A DNA stretch of 57,675 nucleotides, filler included, from Asterionella formosa (Eukaryota), in the NCBI GenBank assembly GCA_002256025.1. It is 6 parts of 6 records of this genome, joined end to end, with 100 filler letters (N's around TTAATTAATTAA, not from the genome) between each part and the next. Parts side by side here need not be neighbours in the genome. Positions count along the whole stretch, not along the records: positions 1 to 9,548 come from NKIB01010544.1; positions 9,649 to 19,175 come from NKIB01010554.1; 4 more parts are not named here. The stretch is one strand, 5' to 3'. This document shows positions 1 through 11,042 of the stretch, piece by piece. Position 1 is the first letter of the stretch; every line of letters begins with the position of its first letter. The notes below the pieces were generated by a model. That model ran no database searches and was not told where the DNA came from. It was given only the letters and a program-made list of their open reading frames with translations. The translations under genes were made by a program, and so were the position numbers.

Positions 1-235
1 GCAAGATATAGCACCCAAGGAGGAGGATCATGAGATTAGCAAACTCGTGCTTGGAACCTCGTGTCACTTTCTTCAGGATCCAGCCAGCCAGCATTCGGAT
101 ACTGGGCTTGTTTGACTTCTTGTGACCATGGTCTGTTTCGAGCTGATCATTGTTGATTATTGACGCCGACAAAAATGGCGCCTGTGAGGACTCGATTTGT
201 CTGGCCCTGATTGCAGCTCTCAGATGGGCACTCAT
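1..235 (-). CDS. possible 5' part of a hypothetical membrane protein, runs off the window start
   Basis: Open frame from ATG at 235 (MSAHLRAAIRARQ...FANLMILLLGCYIL) to the edge. No recognisable domain. Confidence 0.3.
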   Translation of the reverse strand, partial: MSAHLRAAIRARQIESSQAPFLSASIINNDQLETDHGHKKSNKPSIRMLAGWILKKVTRGSKHEFANLMILLLGCYIL

Positions 236-1643
236 ATTGGCTATGAAAACATTTATCAAAATCAAATGCTTTACACCAGCACGGAGGAGTGATCAATCCA
301 TTGTTCTCCTTCTTTCTCAGAGCGTGCGATCAATCAAAAGAAAAAATACGATTTCTTTCATTTTTGTCAGCCGACCCTGGATGCCGATGATGCGGCTACC
401 TGACTTGTTTACTAACTATTTTAGCTACCAGGTACCGGTAGACTACATAGTACATACGGTGTAGCAGTGATACTCCACCTGTTAGTACCTGGTACCTGGT
501 ACTTCTTGGTGGTCAGTACCAGGGTACTGGGACTGTACCGGTATCAGGAGCGGTACTCCTTCTGCCATATGGTTCAGTGTGAAGTCAATGTACATAGACA
601 CTAAATAACGGTTATTACATTAGTCCAAACAATTCCTTGCTGTTCTTGTTATGGTGTCGCTATGCATGTGTTCTACATACCGGTAAGCCAATCGGAATCC
701 GTATCCCTAAACCTTCAAGAAGGTGAACAAAATCCAAAATTCGTGCGTTGGCCGCTACATAGATAGGGTACCGGGGTACCGGTATTGTATTTGGTATACA
801 TGCAGGATGAAAAGAAGTGACTCTCATCCTTTCACTGCCTTGATGTTACATGACATCACGCAGAAAATCGACGATTCCTCTTTCGTCTTTTACTGAAGCT
901 CACTCTCGTTGTTAGAGGTAAGACGATTCTGCTATTCTGAATGAAAAGAGAGTAGAAGGAATGAAACACTTTGTTAATTTGAGACGAAAAGACTGCGTGT
1001 TCAACGTGATGGTTTCCAATCGCTGCCTACACGTAGAATGAGTACGGAGTACCTTGAACAAGAACGGATCTGTGGGCTCTTTACCTATTGGCTATTTTGT
1101 CAAATGGATCCAATGGAACAGTTTTCTTTCCTTTTTTCGTGGATGGAGCAGCTTTCTCTTTGCAAGTTGCCGTTGCTTGTCAGCAGGGAAAGGACCTCAC
1201 ATTTTCGAAAGGCGGGGAGGCTTTCAGATTGGTCAATTCGTTGTGTCTGCGATTTGTTCTTTCTGACGAAGGACTCTCCTGTCGTTGTCCGTTTTTCCTC
1301 GTCCGTTCTTCGCCGCTTTTCTCGATGTATCATGTACGTCCACACGTCATTGTCTCTCTTCTATTAGACTTGGCGCTTGGTTCATGGATCGCGGGTTTCT
1401 GGAGCTTGCGAAAGGAGTTCAAACATCAGTTGACAGTCCTTAAATCATCCCAGACGCCCGCGGAACAACACGTGTGTCAACTGCGAATTATTTAGCTGAA
1501 TGAAAAAACCATGCCTATGGACGTCATGTATTTTCGAGATGCTTGTTTGATGGGATTCGTCAGCATTCGTTTTGACTATTAGAATTTCATTTATTAACAA
1601 TTAATCGTTGTCCCGTCTCTATATAGCGACTGGCTCTAACGCC

Positions 1644-3092
1644 ATGACAACAATCTCCACTATGCAATCATTTACGCAGCCAGTTTTCGCCAGTGCCAAC
1701 TGTGAAAGTCAGTATAATAATGCTCCAACAACATCATGGGGCGGGTCTGACAATGGTGCCGATGGGTTTGACTTCGACCTGTTGGCCGAATATCTTCTAG
1801 ATGATGGGTCAGCTCCTAGTGCATACACAGGAAACATGCCAACTTTTGATTTCAAGTGAGTATTTCTCAGGAACTGATTCTCTGGTTTTCATCCGACACC
1901 ATTCTCACTCAAATCGTGATCGTATGGTCGTTTTGCCACATAAAGTATTGACCCTGGTTTAACCTCTGGTGTCGTTTCACCCGAACAAAGTGATGACGGC
2001 ATGCCTATGATTTCGCCAGAAGGGCAACTGGCACCTGGATCATACCAAACCACACAGCTTTTAGCTCCATCTCAGTCTGCATATTATCAACCCTCGTATG
2101 CTCCACAAGCCCCGCAGCCAATGCAACCACCAGCCACTTTGGGCCATACTGCTTTGCTGGCATTGCCTGCGTACCAACCTACCGATATGCATACTCCAAT
2201 AATGCCTCCTGTGGCCAGCACTGCTGCCGTGGCAGCTGCGGTGGCTGGAAACAAAAGGCGTCGTGTGGATGCTCCAGTGATGCCTCCTCGAGCCCCAGCG
2301 TCTCTTGTCAATCAAGGACATGCGATGGCAATGGCAGTTCGCGGCAGACAAAAATCGCAAGCTCAGGTAGATCGTCGCCGAGAGAGAAACCGTATCTTGG
2401 CACGACGAACACGTCTCCGAAAGAAGTTCTTCTTTGAGGGTCTCCAAAAGGAAGTTACCGACTTGCAACTTGAAAATGCTGCTCTCAAGGAAATTGCCAA
2501 AAATGAACTCCCTGAAGAGCAGTCCAAGCAGCTACTGGAAGACTGCAAAGCTATGGACAACCTGCCAGAGGGCATTGCTGAAGCATGCAACGAAGGTTTG
2601 GATCTTGATTCTCAAGATTTTAGCCTTGTTCGAAGTATACAAAGATCCCAGCGGTGCTTTATTATCACGGATCCAAGTCTTCAAGACAACCCCATTGTCT
2701 ATGCCTCAGATGATTTCTTGTCTCTTACTGAATACAAGAGAGAAGAAGTATTGGGACGTAACTGTCGCTTCCTGCAAGGTACTGAGACTAGTACGCACAA
2801 GTTAGAAGAAGTACGCAAGGCTATCGCGAATGGAGAAGACGTTAGTGTTACAATGATCAACTACACGGCAAACGGTACCGCATTCTGGAACAAACTTTTT
2901 ATAGCTGCCCTCAGAGACGCACACAATAACATTGTAAATTTCATTGGCGTTATCGTGAAGGTCGCACACCCTGATCCCGAAGATCCCGAGTCTGGCAAGC
3001 GATTGCCAGGCGAGCAATCAACTGGCTCTGACGAAGACGACGACGGGGATTTCGACGACGCTGCCATGGGATTCGACTCTCATGACATGTGA
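1644..3092 (+). CDS. AUREO2: Aureochrome 2 (bZIP + LOV); exons 1644-1855 and 1946-3092
   Basis: bZIP RRRERNRILARRTRLRKKFFF followed by LOV (DNPIVYAS...GRNCRFLQG). RILARRTRLRKKFFF and NFIGVIVKV match my recollection of diatom AUREO2. In-frame GTGAGT...AAAG intron at 1856-1945. Confidence 0.93.
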
Positions 3093-3476
3093 GGATAAAT
3101 GGCGATAAAAATCACACCACACTCGAGATGCAACAGGTTTGGTACACCAGACGCACAAAGCAATCAAAATCAGCGAGTACCATTCTATTTATTATAAAAC
3201 AATTGTGACCTAACTCATGCTAAAGAAGGGAGTTGTGAAACCTATGAACACATTTTCTGATCTTTGCATTGAAAGCGCAGTCTTCGTTACTGGATTTTCT
3301 CGATTGTTTTCTTACCCCTAATGCAAAGCGAACAGTCATAGTCTGTAGCATCAATGTGGAACTCTGTAGAAGAGTCAAAACGAGTGTGCAATGAAAACTA
3401 ATTCTTTGTTCGGGGTATTGGGGCAGAACTTCGTTTTTCTAGAAATATGGCGAATGCATCGATGCTGTATTCTTCG

Positions 3477-5208
3477 TTACAAAGGTGTCCTACCATCACA
3501 GAGAATCAAATTGAAAGGGGATGGAGAACCAGGGTGACTGAGACTATTAAAGGTTGGAGAGCCGTTGCGGGCCACGCACGAAGCATGAGCCCTCCTATCA
3601 CAACCACGCAGTCCGCATTGACACGACTTCATCATTCCAGAAGCCGCTTTGGAGCAAATTGAACAAATTGACGACTTGGGAGTACAAGACGCGGTAGACA
3701 CATCTCTGGCAGGTGTCAAGGGTGGAATGTAAAATGGCTTTCGATGGTCAGGAGTATCCTTCTTTGTGGAAGCTGGAGCTTCCTCAATAGGTGGTGGATA
3801 CATGAGTGACGTTGCATCCTTTAGGCGACGTTCGAGATTGGTAATTCGAATCTTTAGCTGAGTAACTTGTTTCTCGCAAGAGTTCTTCTCCGATCGAAGG
3901 TGCTGCACCTCCTCGTCGTGGCTAGCTGCCTTTACACGCAGGCTTTGACACTCACGTTCAGCATTCCCCAAAGACTCGTGTAAACGTTGCTGCTCATGTC
4001 GAGACTTGTCTTGCATATCACGTATACCCTCATGCAAAGATGTATTCTCTTTCTGTAGCTCCTGAATAGTGCCTTTCAAAACAGAAGTCGTTGTTTCCGT
4101 TTCTGCTGCAGTACTGGCAGCATCCACCAACGTGGATCGAGCTTCACGTAGTTCCTTTTCTACCATGGACGAGCGATCTTTGCGTGCTTGCTCCACTGCG
4201 TCACGTCCCTGTATATCCCTTTTTGAATGACTCAATTCTTGCAAGTAACATTCTAGCTTCGACTCCAACTGCTTTCGTTCGTCCTCCGCCGACTTTGCTT
4301 TGAGTCTCAACTTTTCTTGTTCTTCCACTAATTGCTTCCGCTCTTTCTGAGATCTGTAAAATTCTGTCTCTCTTTGTAGCAACTTAGTTTCCAGTGATCT
4401 AGCTGCCTGCGAGATAAGCTCATGTTCTTGGTACAAGCTTTCTGTTGCTCTCTTGGTTTCATCCACGACGGACCGGAGCGATTCCAGCTGAGTGGCCAAT
4501 GACGACGCGTAGGATTCGGCCGCATCTGCGTCACATCGAGCCGAGGCCGAATTTTGACCAGCAATACGAAGGGCATCTGTCACCCGTTCCATACGATCAT
4601 TCGATGCCGCAGTGGACTCGCGAAGGGATGTATTTGCCACGGTTAACGCAGTCAGGCTGGCTTGTGCATCTTGGAGTTTCTGATTTGGATGATTCAAATG
4701 AGAAGAAACAGCAACAATGTGAGCAGATGAAATAATATTTGAGAGAAATCTAACTACCTGCACTCTCATTCACCTTTTGTAGCAGAATACATTCTGCAGT
4801 CTTCTCTTTTGCCAAATCAGCCGCATGAGCTCCAGCGTCCATAAATCTCGCGCGTTTGGTGGGCGTTGAGTCGTCATCATCCTCGTCAAGAATATCTTCC
4901 AACAAAGGACGCTTCCTAGCTTCCCTTCCATCAATACACGCTACCAGCTGCAATGCGTCTTCCACAAAGTTTTTGAGACGACTGCCTTTGCGAACAAAGT
5001 CATCCCACGCATTGTTGTTGACAGAATAATTCTGTTTTGGTGATGGCGGGAGGTTTTGTGACTGCTCGTTTCTCGAAATCGGAGGAGACAGCTGGCGTGG
5101 ACCTTCTTCCTCCGAACTGGAATCATCTGGATCTGGAAGTTTAATGTCCTGAAAAGTTATATTTGGCTGCATAGAAGCTAAGGACAACGATTCTGTTCCG
5201 CTGTCCAT
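3477..5208 (-). CDS. coiled-coil protein with C-terminal PHD/RING-like Zn finger; exons 5208-4774 and 4679-3477
   Basis: Two ORFs joined in frame by GT-AG intron 4773-4680. Long heptad E/K/L region, then CSIC...CQC...C...HASC...C. Confidence 0.75.
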
Positions 5209-6195
5209 TTCAGTGGTGACCCGGTCAGGAGAAATGGTCGGAAAACAATGTTCGTTTCGAAGTTAAGGAAATAACCAATGAGAGGGAGAGAGATTACTCG
5301 CCCTGCTTGCTCGTCTACTTGAATAGGAGCAATGGTAATGAGCGAGGCAGCAGATTATGATGGATTCAGGGTTTATGTGATTATGTGATAAATATAGTGT
5401 TACCTAGTAGTTTCAGATTGACGAAGCCATCACTTTGAAATCACGTCGGAAGCAAGAATGAAGCGCAAATGCATCATATACTAGGTATGATTTTCAGGAA
5501 ATGACTTCGACTTAGATCAGAAAATTCCTACTACCGGTATGAATTTCAGGAAATGACTACATATATGACTTCCAGGAAACGTAAGGAAAAGCTTAAAGAA
5601 AATCGCACTGTCGCATGATGTATGTTGAACAGTATCTAACGGATCGAGGTACCTGGTACCTGGTATGCTGTTCAGTGTTCACCACTCGCTCGTTTTTGCA
5701 ACACTGGAAGAATCTAATTATTTACTTCTTTAAATCGTGGAATGAAGTGAAGACGTTCTTTACATATGACGATTTATGCGCTTGTCCGTCGCGACCTTGC
5801 TGTCCGTTTCAGGATAATGACCGCAATTTCCTGATTTTTGTACCCACTCTTGTGGACATATCTAAATAATTAAAACTGTCATTGTACCAGATGCCAAGTA
5901 CCTCTTGTTGTACATATTGATGATAGGAATATCATACTGAAACCATACAAGTAGAAAATGAGAAGGACAACGAATGAGAACAATTATGCTGAAACTGCAC
6001 AGAGCGACAAAAATCGTTGGTAAACTGCACAGAGAAAGATCTGCACGCCTTTGGTTTAAAATGTGTCGAAATCCTCGCCGATGCCGCAGCAACCTACCGG
6101 TAGGTACTATTTTTCAAAAGGTACCTTACAGTTGCGTTTTTGAAGGCAAGTGTAAACAACAACAGCTCCTCTTTCTTTCTCTCTGCATCTTGTTG

Positions 6196-8140
6196 ATGAT
6201 AATGATCCAGAAGTGTGCTACGCTGGTGTTGTTGGCGTTGGTTCACACGCCGGCGGTGATCGCCAACAATCTGATGCAGGTCGATACATTTGAGCTTTCT
6301 GATCTCCTTTCTGGACAGCGCTTGCACGACTTGTCCACGACGTTGAGTACGACTGGTCTGTTGGCCATTCGATCTAGTCACTTTCGTTTCGACGCCTTGA
6401 AATTGGTTTGTCGTCGTCAGCAGAATCTCCTGGCTTACAAAGGGGACGCTACGACGAGCGTTCTATTGCAAGATGGCGTCACCACTCGCACTACTTGGGC
6501 CACAGCTACTGTCGGAACTACCCCTTTGCCACTTGGCACAGAAGCAGAGGAGCTTGACGCCTTGCGTGACCAGGTGGCTTTGGCGTCGAATGCATTCGTC
6601 AAGGCGTTGGATCGACTGTTGTCAATTGCAGACAAGGATGATGTTGACACGCCGTTGCTACGAACGGACCGTGGTGTTCAGTATTCGTCAATTGAATCCA
6701 TTGTGAAGGCGTCGGTTCACTTGGAACACTTCCACCTCTATGAAAAGGGAGACACAACATCAAATGAGGAGACTTTGGAATGGCACACTGATGCTGGACT
6801 CTTTCTAGCCTTCGTTCCAGCGTGCAATTGTCGCGGTGGAGAGGAGCATGACTCATCCCTTTGGGTTGACAATAGCCCTGTTGTGTTTCCTCCCAACACG
6901 ATTGCCATTATGTTGGGTACAGGAGCTGAAAATTGGCTTCAGACGCACCTAACACTTCGAGCGACTCGACATGCTGTCAAGATGAACGCTGGAGATCTCA
7001 GAGCATGGTACGGCATGAGTAAGTCATTCAAGTCGTGACTATATCGTATTGCGTTTCTTAGCTCAACAATTTTTTTCATCACTGACTTGTTTCAAACTTC
7101 ATGTATACACAGTGCATCTGGTTCCTGATAGTGCTATCATTCAAGCGAACCCCACACGTACCTTGGGAGAGATGCGCCACTCCATGGCTCATGGCGATTC
7201 GCCAGACATTGGCTGTGGAACTGCCCCCATCCCAACTACCTCGATTCATGAATCGACTGTGGTGGTAGCAAGACGCCGACTCTCCATGGTGGCGGATGCC
7301 AGTTACTGCAACAACTCAACCAACTTGTTCTGTTGGATGAGTTGTCTTGATATACCAAATGCCAGCCAAGCTGCGAACTATGTGGCAAATGGCAAATCTC
7401 TCTATTGTTTGGATCCTTCAATCCTTGATGCCGGAAGCGGTGTGGCAGCAGCTGAAGCTCCCTGTGCAAATAGTGCCATGAATCCCTCTTGTGTGGGAAG
7501 CTGGCAAACCACAGTGGATGGTGTCTCTGCTGTGACGTTGGTCAGGGGGGACACTAGCAACTCCACTAGCAACTCCACCAGCAACTCCACCAGCAACTCC
7601 AATAGCAACTCCATAAGTAACTCCAATAGCAATAGCAATAACAATGCTCAATTTTGCTCCGGAGGAATATCCATGTACATGGATGGCTTCAATTGGCTCG
7701 GTTCTGTCTGCGTCATCTTCCTCTTCCCCTCGTGGGTGTTGAGCACTCCAGGAAAATTGGCAGGGGCGTGCATTGGAACAATTGTCCTTTGTATTCTTCT
7801 TGAACTTTTGATTCATGGCCGTCGTCAATATATTGGAGGCACCATGTCGGCTGGCTACAAGCGCCTCGTTGCATCCGCACTTTCCTATGGCCTTCAGTTG
7901 ACCATTGGATACTTTATCATGTTGATCATCATGACATACTCTGGCCCACTTTTTGTAAGTGTGGTAGTGGGGCTTATTGGTGGACATGTCTTGTTCAATG
8001 CCCAAGACGCAGTGTTTGGAGCCAAGACGACGAGTGATACCACTAATAGCAGTAAGGATACCGACTCGGAGGAAGGTGATGTCCTCATTCCTGAGGGAGC
8101 AACTCCTTGCTGCCTTAATATATCGTCGTCTCCTGCATGA
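6196..8140 (+). CDS. signal peptide + 2OG-Fe(II) oxygenase-like domain + Cys-rich domain + Ctr (SLC31) copper transporter; exons 6196-7018 and 7113-8140
   Basis: HTD...RHAV...R facial-triad pattern. Ctr hallmarks MYMDGF..FLFPSW, TM2 MLIIM (MxxxM) and TM3 GLIGG. Intron GTAAGT...ACAG (7019-7112) joins the ORFs in frame (WYGM-MHLVP). Start could be 6196 or 6202. Confidence 0.85.
7556..7642 (+). repeat. coding AGCAACTCCACC-type repeat (Ser/Asn/Thr linker) upstream of the Ctr domain
   Basis: Translates as SNSTSNSTSNSTSNSNSNSISNSNSNSNNN, with several NST sequons. Confidence 0.8.
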
Positions 8141-8742
8141 TTCACAAGCAGCTGATGCTGTGGATTGATTCATGTTGTAAACACCGGTAAATGCTAATTT
8201 CAAAAATTAAATATATTTATATGATATACCCGGTATTCTGGTATTCCTTACATTTCATTTACCATGATTAGGAGGGGAGTGATGATACTCGGTGGTGTGA
8301 AGAATAGTTTTTTCGTTTGTTGGTTGTGATAGTTCTCCTATAGTAGTCCCTCAACTTCGAACACTATTTGTTTATGCATTCATCATTGCTGTGCAAAAAG
8401 GCAAATACCTGGATTGACCAAAATAAAGGATCTCCTTCTAAACTCTACTTTTCAAATGATTTTTCCACCTCGATTTAAATAAAGTAGAACCAAAACTGTA
8501 AACTATACCTGGCGTGTTGCCCTATTTTAATTGCCAGTTTCTCTTCAAATCAAGACCCGACCTGCAGTTTATACCATGTCATCATTTTGATCATAACTTG
8601 ACTCTTAAAAAATTTACCAACATTTTAATTCCTAATTGAATTCAAAGGAGTGATAGTGAACATGCTCAACCACTGCTGTACCATAAAACGCCGCACAACT
8701 TTCTCGTTCCAGATGTATTGAATTTATTCTTCCAAAAATAGA

Positions 8743-9531
8743 TTACCTCATTTTGTAATATCCCTCCACATGCTTGTCCACCTCCTTTTTATAATTCGGC
8801 CCATGCTGACGCACTTCTCCATCTCCGTGGAAGTTCAATGGACGCCTATAGTGACTAGTGCCAGAGAGGGGTCGTTCCCAGTGCTTGCATGCCGATCGTT
8901 CGTCCTTGACCATGGAAGCGATCTTCTGTGGAAGGAAGTTGTCTTGATATTGCGCCTCATCCTGTCTTGGCATGCGGTATTGAGGTTCCCTGACCAAATA
9001 GTTCCACCCCCGTTTCTTGGCAAAGTAGACAGCATCCGAAGCGGTCCTAAAGTTCATCTGGAGCCCAATACCAGAATATGGGTCCGCTCCACTGACCCAT
9101 CCCATTAATGGATTGATCCATTGATTGGCCGCTTCTCCGTTGGCTTCAAACGAGATTGTCCACACTTGTTCATGAACTGTCGGAGATTGCGAGGCACGTG
9201 CCGCCAGTTGCGTAATCACCACGGTTCGCTGTGTTCCATCATGCATAATGTTATCGCGCTTTCCCGCAATATCCAATGCCGCAATTTCAGCAGGATTGTC
9301 TGGCAAGACGGGTTCTTCCATCTCTGTCAAGGCCCCAGTTACCATGTAGGGGTCCAATTTGGTCATGGCTTCCACCCTGCGTTGTGTCGCTGATTTGCTA
9401 GCTTCGATTTCATTCCGAGCTTCTTCGTCTTTCTGATTGATCAAGGCAATATCTGAGATGCTGCGGATGTTGGTGCTGGTGCTGGTTCGGAGGAGGAGGA
9501 GAGTGCGGAGAAGAGGGCGAGCAGTCAACAT
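8743..9531 (-). CDS. NDUFS4: mitochondrial complex I subunit NDUFS4 (18 kDa)
   Basis: W-x-NPLMGW-x-S-x-ADP and F-x-T-x-x-DAVYFAKKRGWNY motifs. Arg/Leu/Ser-rich mitochondrial presequence. Confidence 0.9.
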   Translation of the reverse strand: MLTARPLLRTLLLLRTSTSTNIRSISDIALINQKDEEARNEIEASKSATQRRVEAMTKLDPYMVTGALTEMEEPVLPDNPAEIAALDIAGKRDNIMHDGTQRTVVITQLAARASQSPTVHEQVWTISFEANGEAANQWINPLMGWVSGADPYSGIGLQMNFRTASDAVYFAKKRGWNYLVREPQYRMPRQDEAQYQDNFLPQKIASMVKDERSACKHWERPLSGTSHYRRPLNFHGDGEVRQHGPNYKKEVDKHVEGYYKMR

Positions 9532-9548
9532 CGTGGAAGTGGATACAT

Positions 9549-9648
9549 NNNNNNNNNNNNNNNNNNNNNNNNNNNNNNNNNNNNNNNNNNNNTTAATTAA
9601 TTAANNNNNNNNNNNNNNNNNNNNNNNNNNNNNNNNNNNNNNNNNNNN
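9549..9648. other. artificial scaffold linker (N44-TTAATTAATTAA-N44); also at 19176-19275, 28803-28902, 38428-38527 and 48053-48152
   Basis: Identical 100-nt linkers with six-frame stops. The intervening segments are sorted by length. Confidence 0.97.
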
Positions 9649-9840
9649 TACAGCCGCCAACGTAAATGTCAAAGAGGCTGTCCGATAAAACTGAAATGCA
9701 ACTCATCTTTTGATATTGCATTCACATCAATCACCACACGGCTCTGCAACAATTGAGTCGATGCACACTATACTTTAGTTTGATTCAATCTTCCTCTCCG
9801 CTCACAGCCGCAATCTATTCCATCTGCTTTCTTAACCATA

Positions 9841-10650
9841 ATGCCGAGACTAGGCGATGACGATGCTCCCCCTCAACGGAGAAACATGCCACGATTCCCA
9901 ACCAGCGCATATCCCAAACCTGGATCATCATTGAACAATGTAATTATGCTGTTGGCTATTGCATTCATCTTGCGTAATATTTTCTTTACCGTAAGTTAAT
10001 TGGAGAATAATCGTTGGTTTTGCCGTTCAATTCGTCGATTTACGTTTTTTGTTTTGCGTTATCGTTTATAGGATTATCGAACAGAAGAAATCAAGGAACT
10101 TGCAGCAAGTGGAAAGAGTCCCGAAGAAATAAAAGACTTTGTACCACAAAGCTCCCTTGAGCGACGTCAGACATTGATCAAAAACAAGAATGAATTTGAT
10201 CAAATGAAGCTAGAAATTGCCTCTCTGCGGGAAGAATTACAAGATATTCGTAAAGTAGTTCACCAGCAAAATGAGGAAGGAATTGGGCGTTATAACATGA
10301 GTGAAGCTCGCAAAAATGGTCTCAATTTACAGGCAAATAAAGAAGGAGAAATTATCCGCCACAAGAAACGAGTTGTTCAAAAGATTATCCAGAAACCCAT
10401 GATCCTTACACTGGTTGAGCAAGTTGACGACAACCAGCCAGAGACTGGCCAGCTTGGAGGCGTTGACGGGATTTCCGGTAGTCACATAGACAAGGATGAC
10501 GAAAGTGACGTTGCTGAGGAAGTAACTGACGAAGCTGCAGGAACTGTCACGAAACCTATTACAACTGCTGTCAATGCGGAAAAATCTCACATTCACCTCT
10601 CAAAGCGAAGTGAGGGACAGATGGTGGCAGTACGAGAGCACATCAATTGA
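9841..10650 (+). CDS. hypothetical single-TM coiled-coil protein; exons 9841-9990 and 10072-10650
   Basis: ATG at 9841, TM-like VIMLLAIAFILRNIFF, phase-0 intron GTAAGT...ATAG in frame with ORF 10174-10650. Confidence 0.75.
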
Positions 10651-11042
10651 CCACTGGCAACGCCATCTACAATGGAAGGGGTGAGAAAGTCAGATATGAA
10701 GAAGGGGGGGGGGGGGGAAGTGTACAAGGCAAGTAACCTATGGACACATAGTTTTCCGAGAATTTTAGCAATTACCGGTACATGGATTTGATATGGCGCA
10801 TTGGCAGCAGGAGCTTCCCCAGAAACGATGATAATCGGCATTAAGCGGTCAGCGGGCAAACAACAATTATATAAAAGCTTAGGCATATAACAGTTGTCTA
10901 AGAATATGTGGCAATGACAGATGTGTGTCGTTTAGAGTGCATACATGTTCTTCTACTATTGACGAACTAAACACAAACCCATTTTGAACAAATCTCAAAT
11001 CAACCCTTGCAAAATTCATTTCGAAAGCGAAGGACTGAACTG

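Noticed and set aside
1038..1495. Overlapping short ORFs upstream of AUREO2
   Set aside because: T-rich promoter/5'UTR-like sequence with no motifs.
7418..8203. 261-aa antisense ORF (and similar shadow ORFs in other genes)
   Set aside because: Antisense shadow of the Ctr exon.
9593..9604. Recurrent TTAATTAATTAA palindrome
   Set aside because: Always embedded in Ns. It is a synthetic six-frame stop linker.
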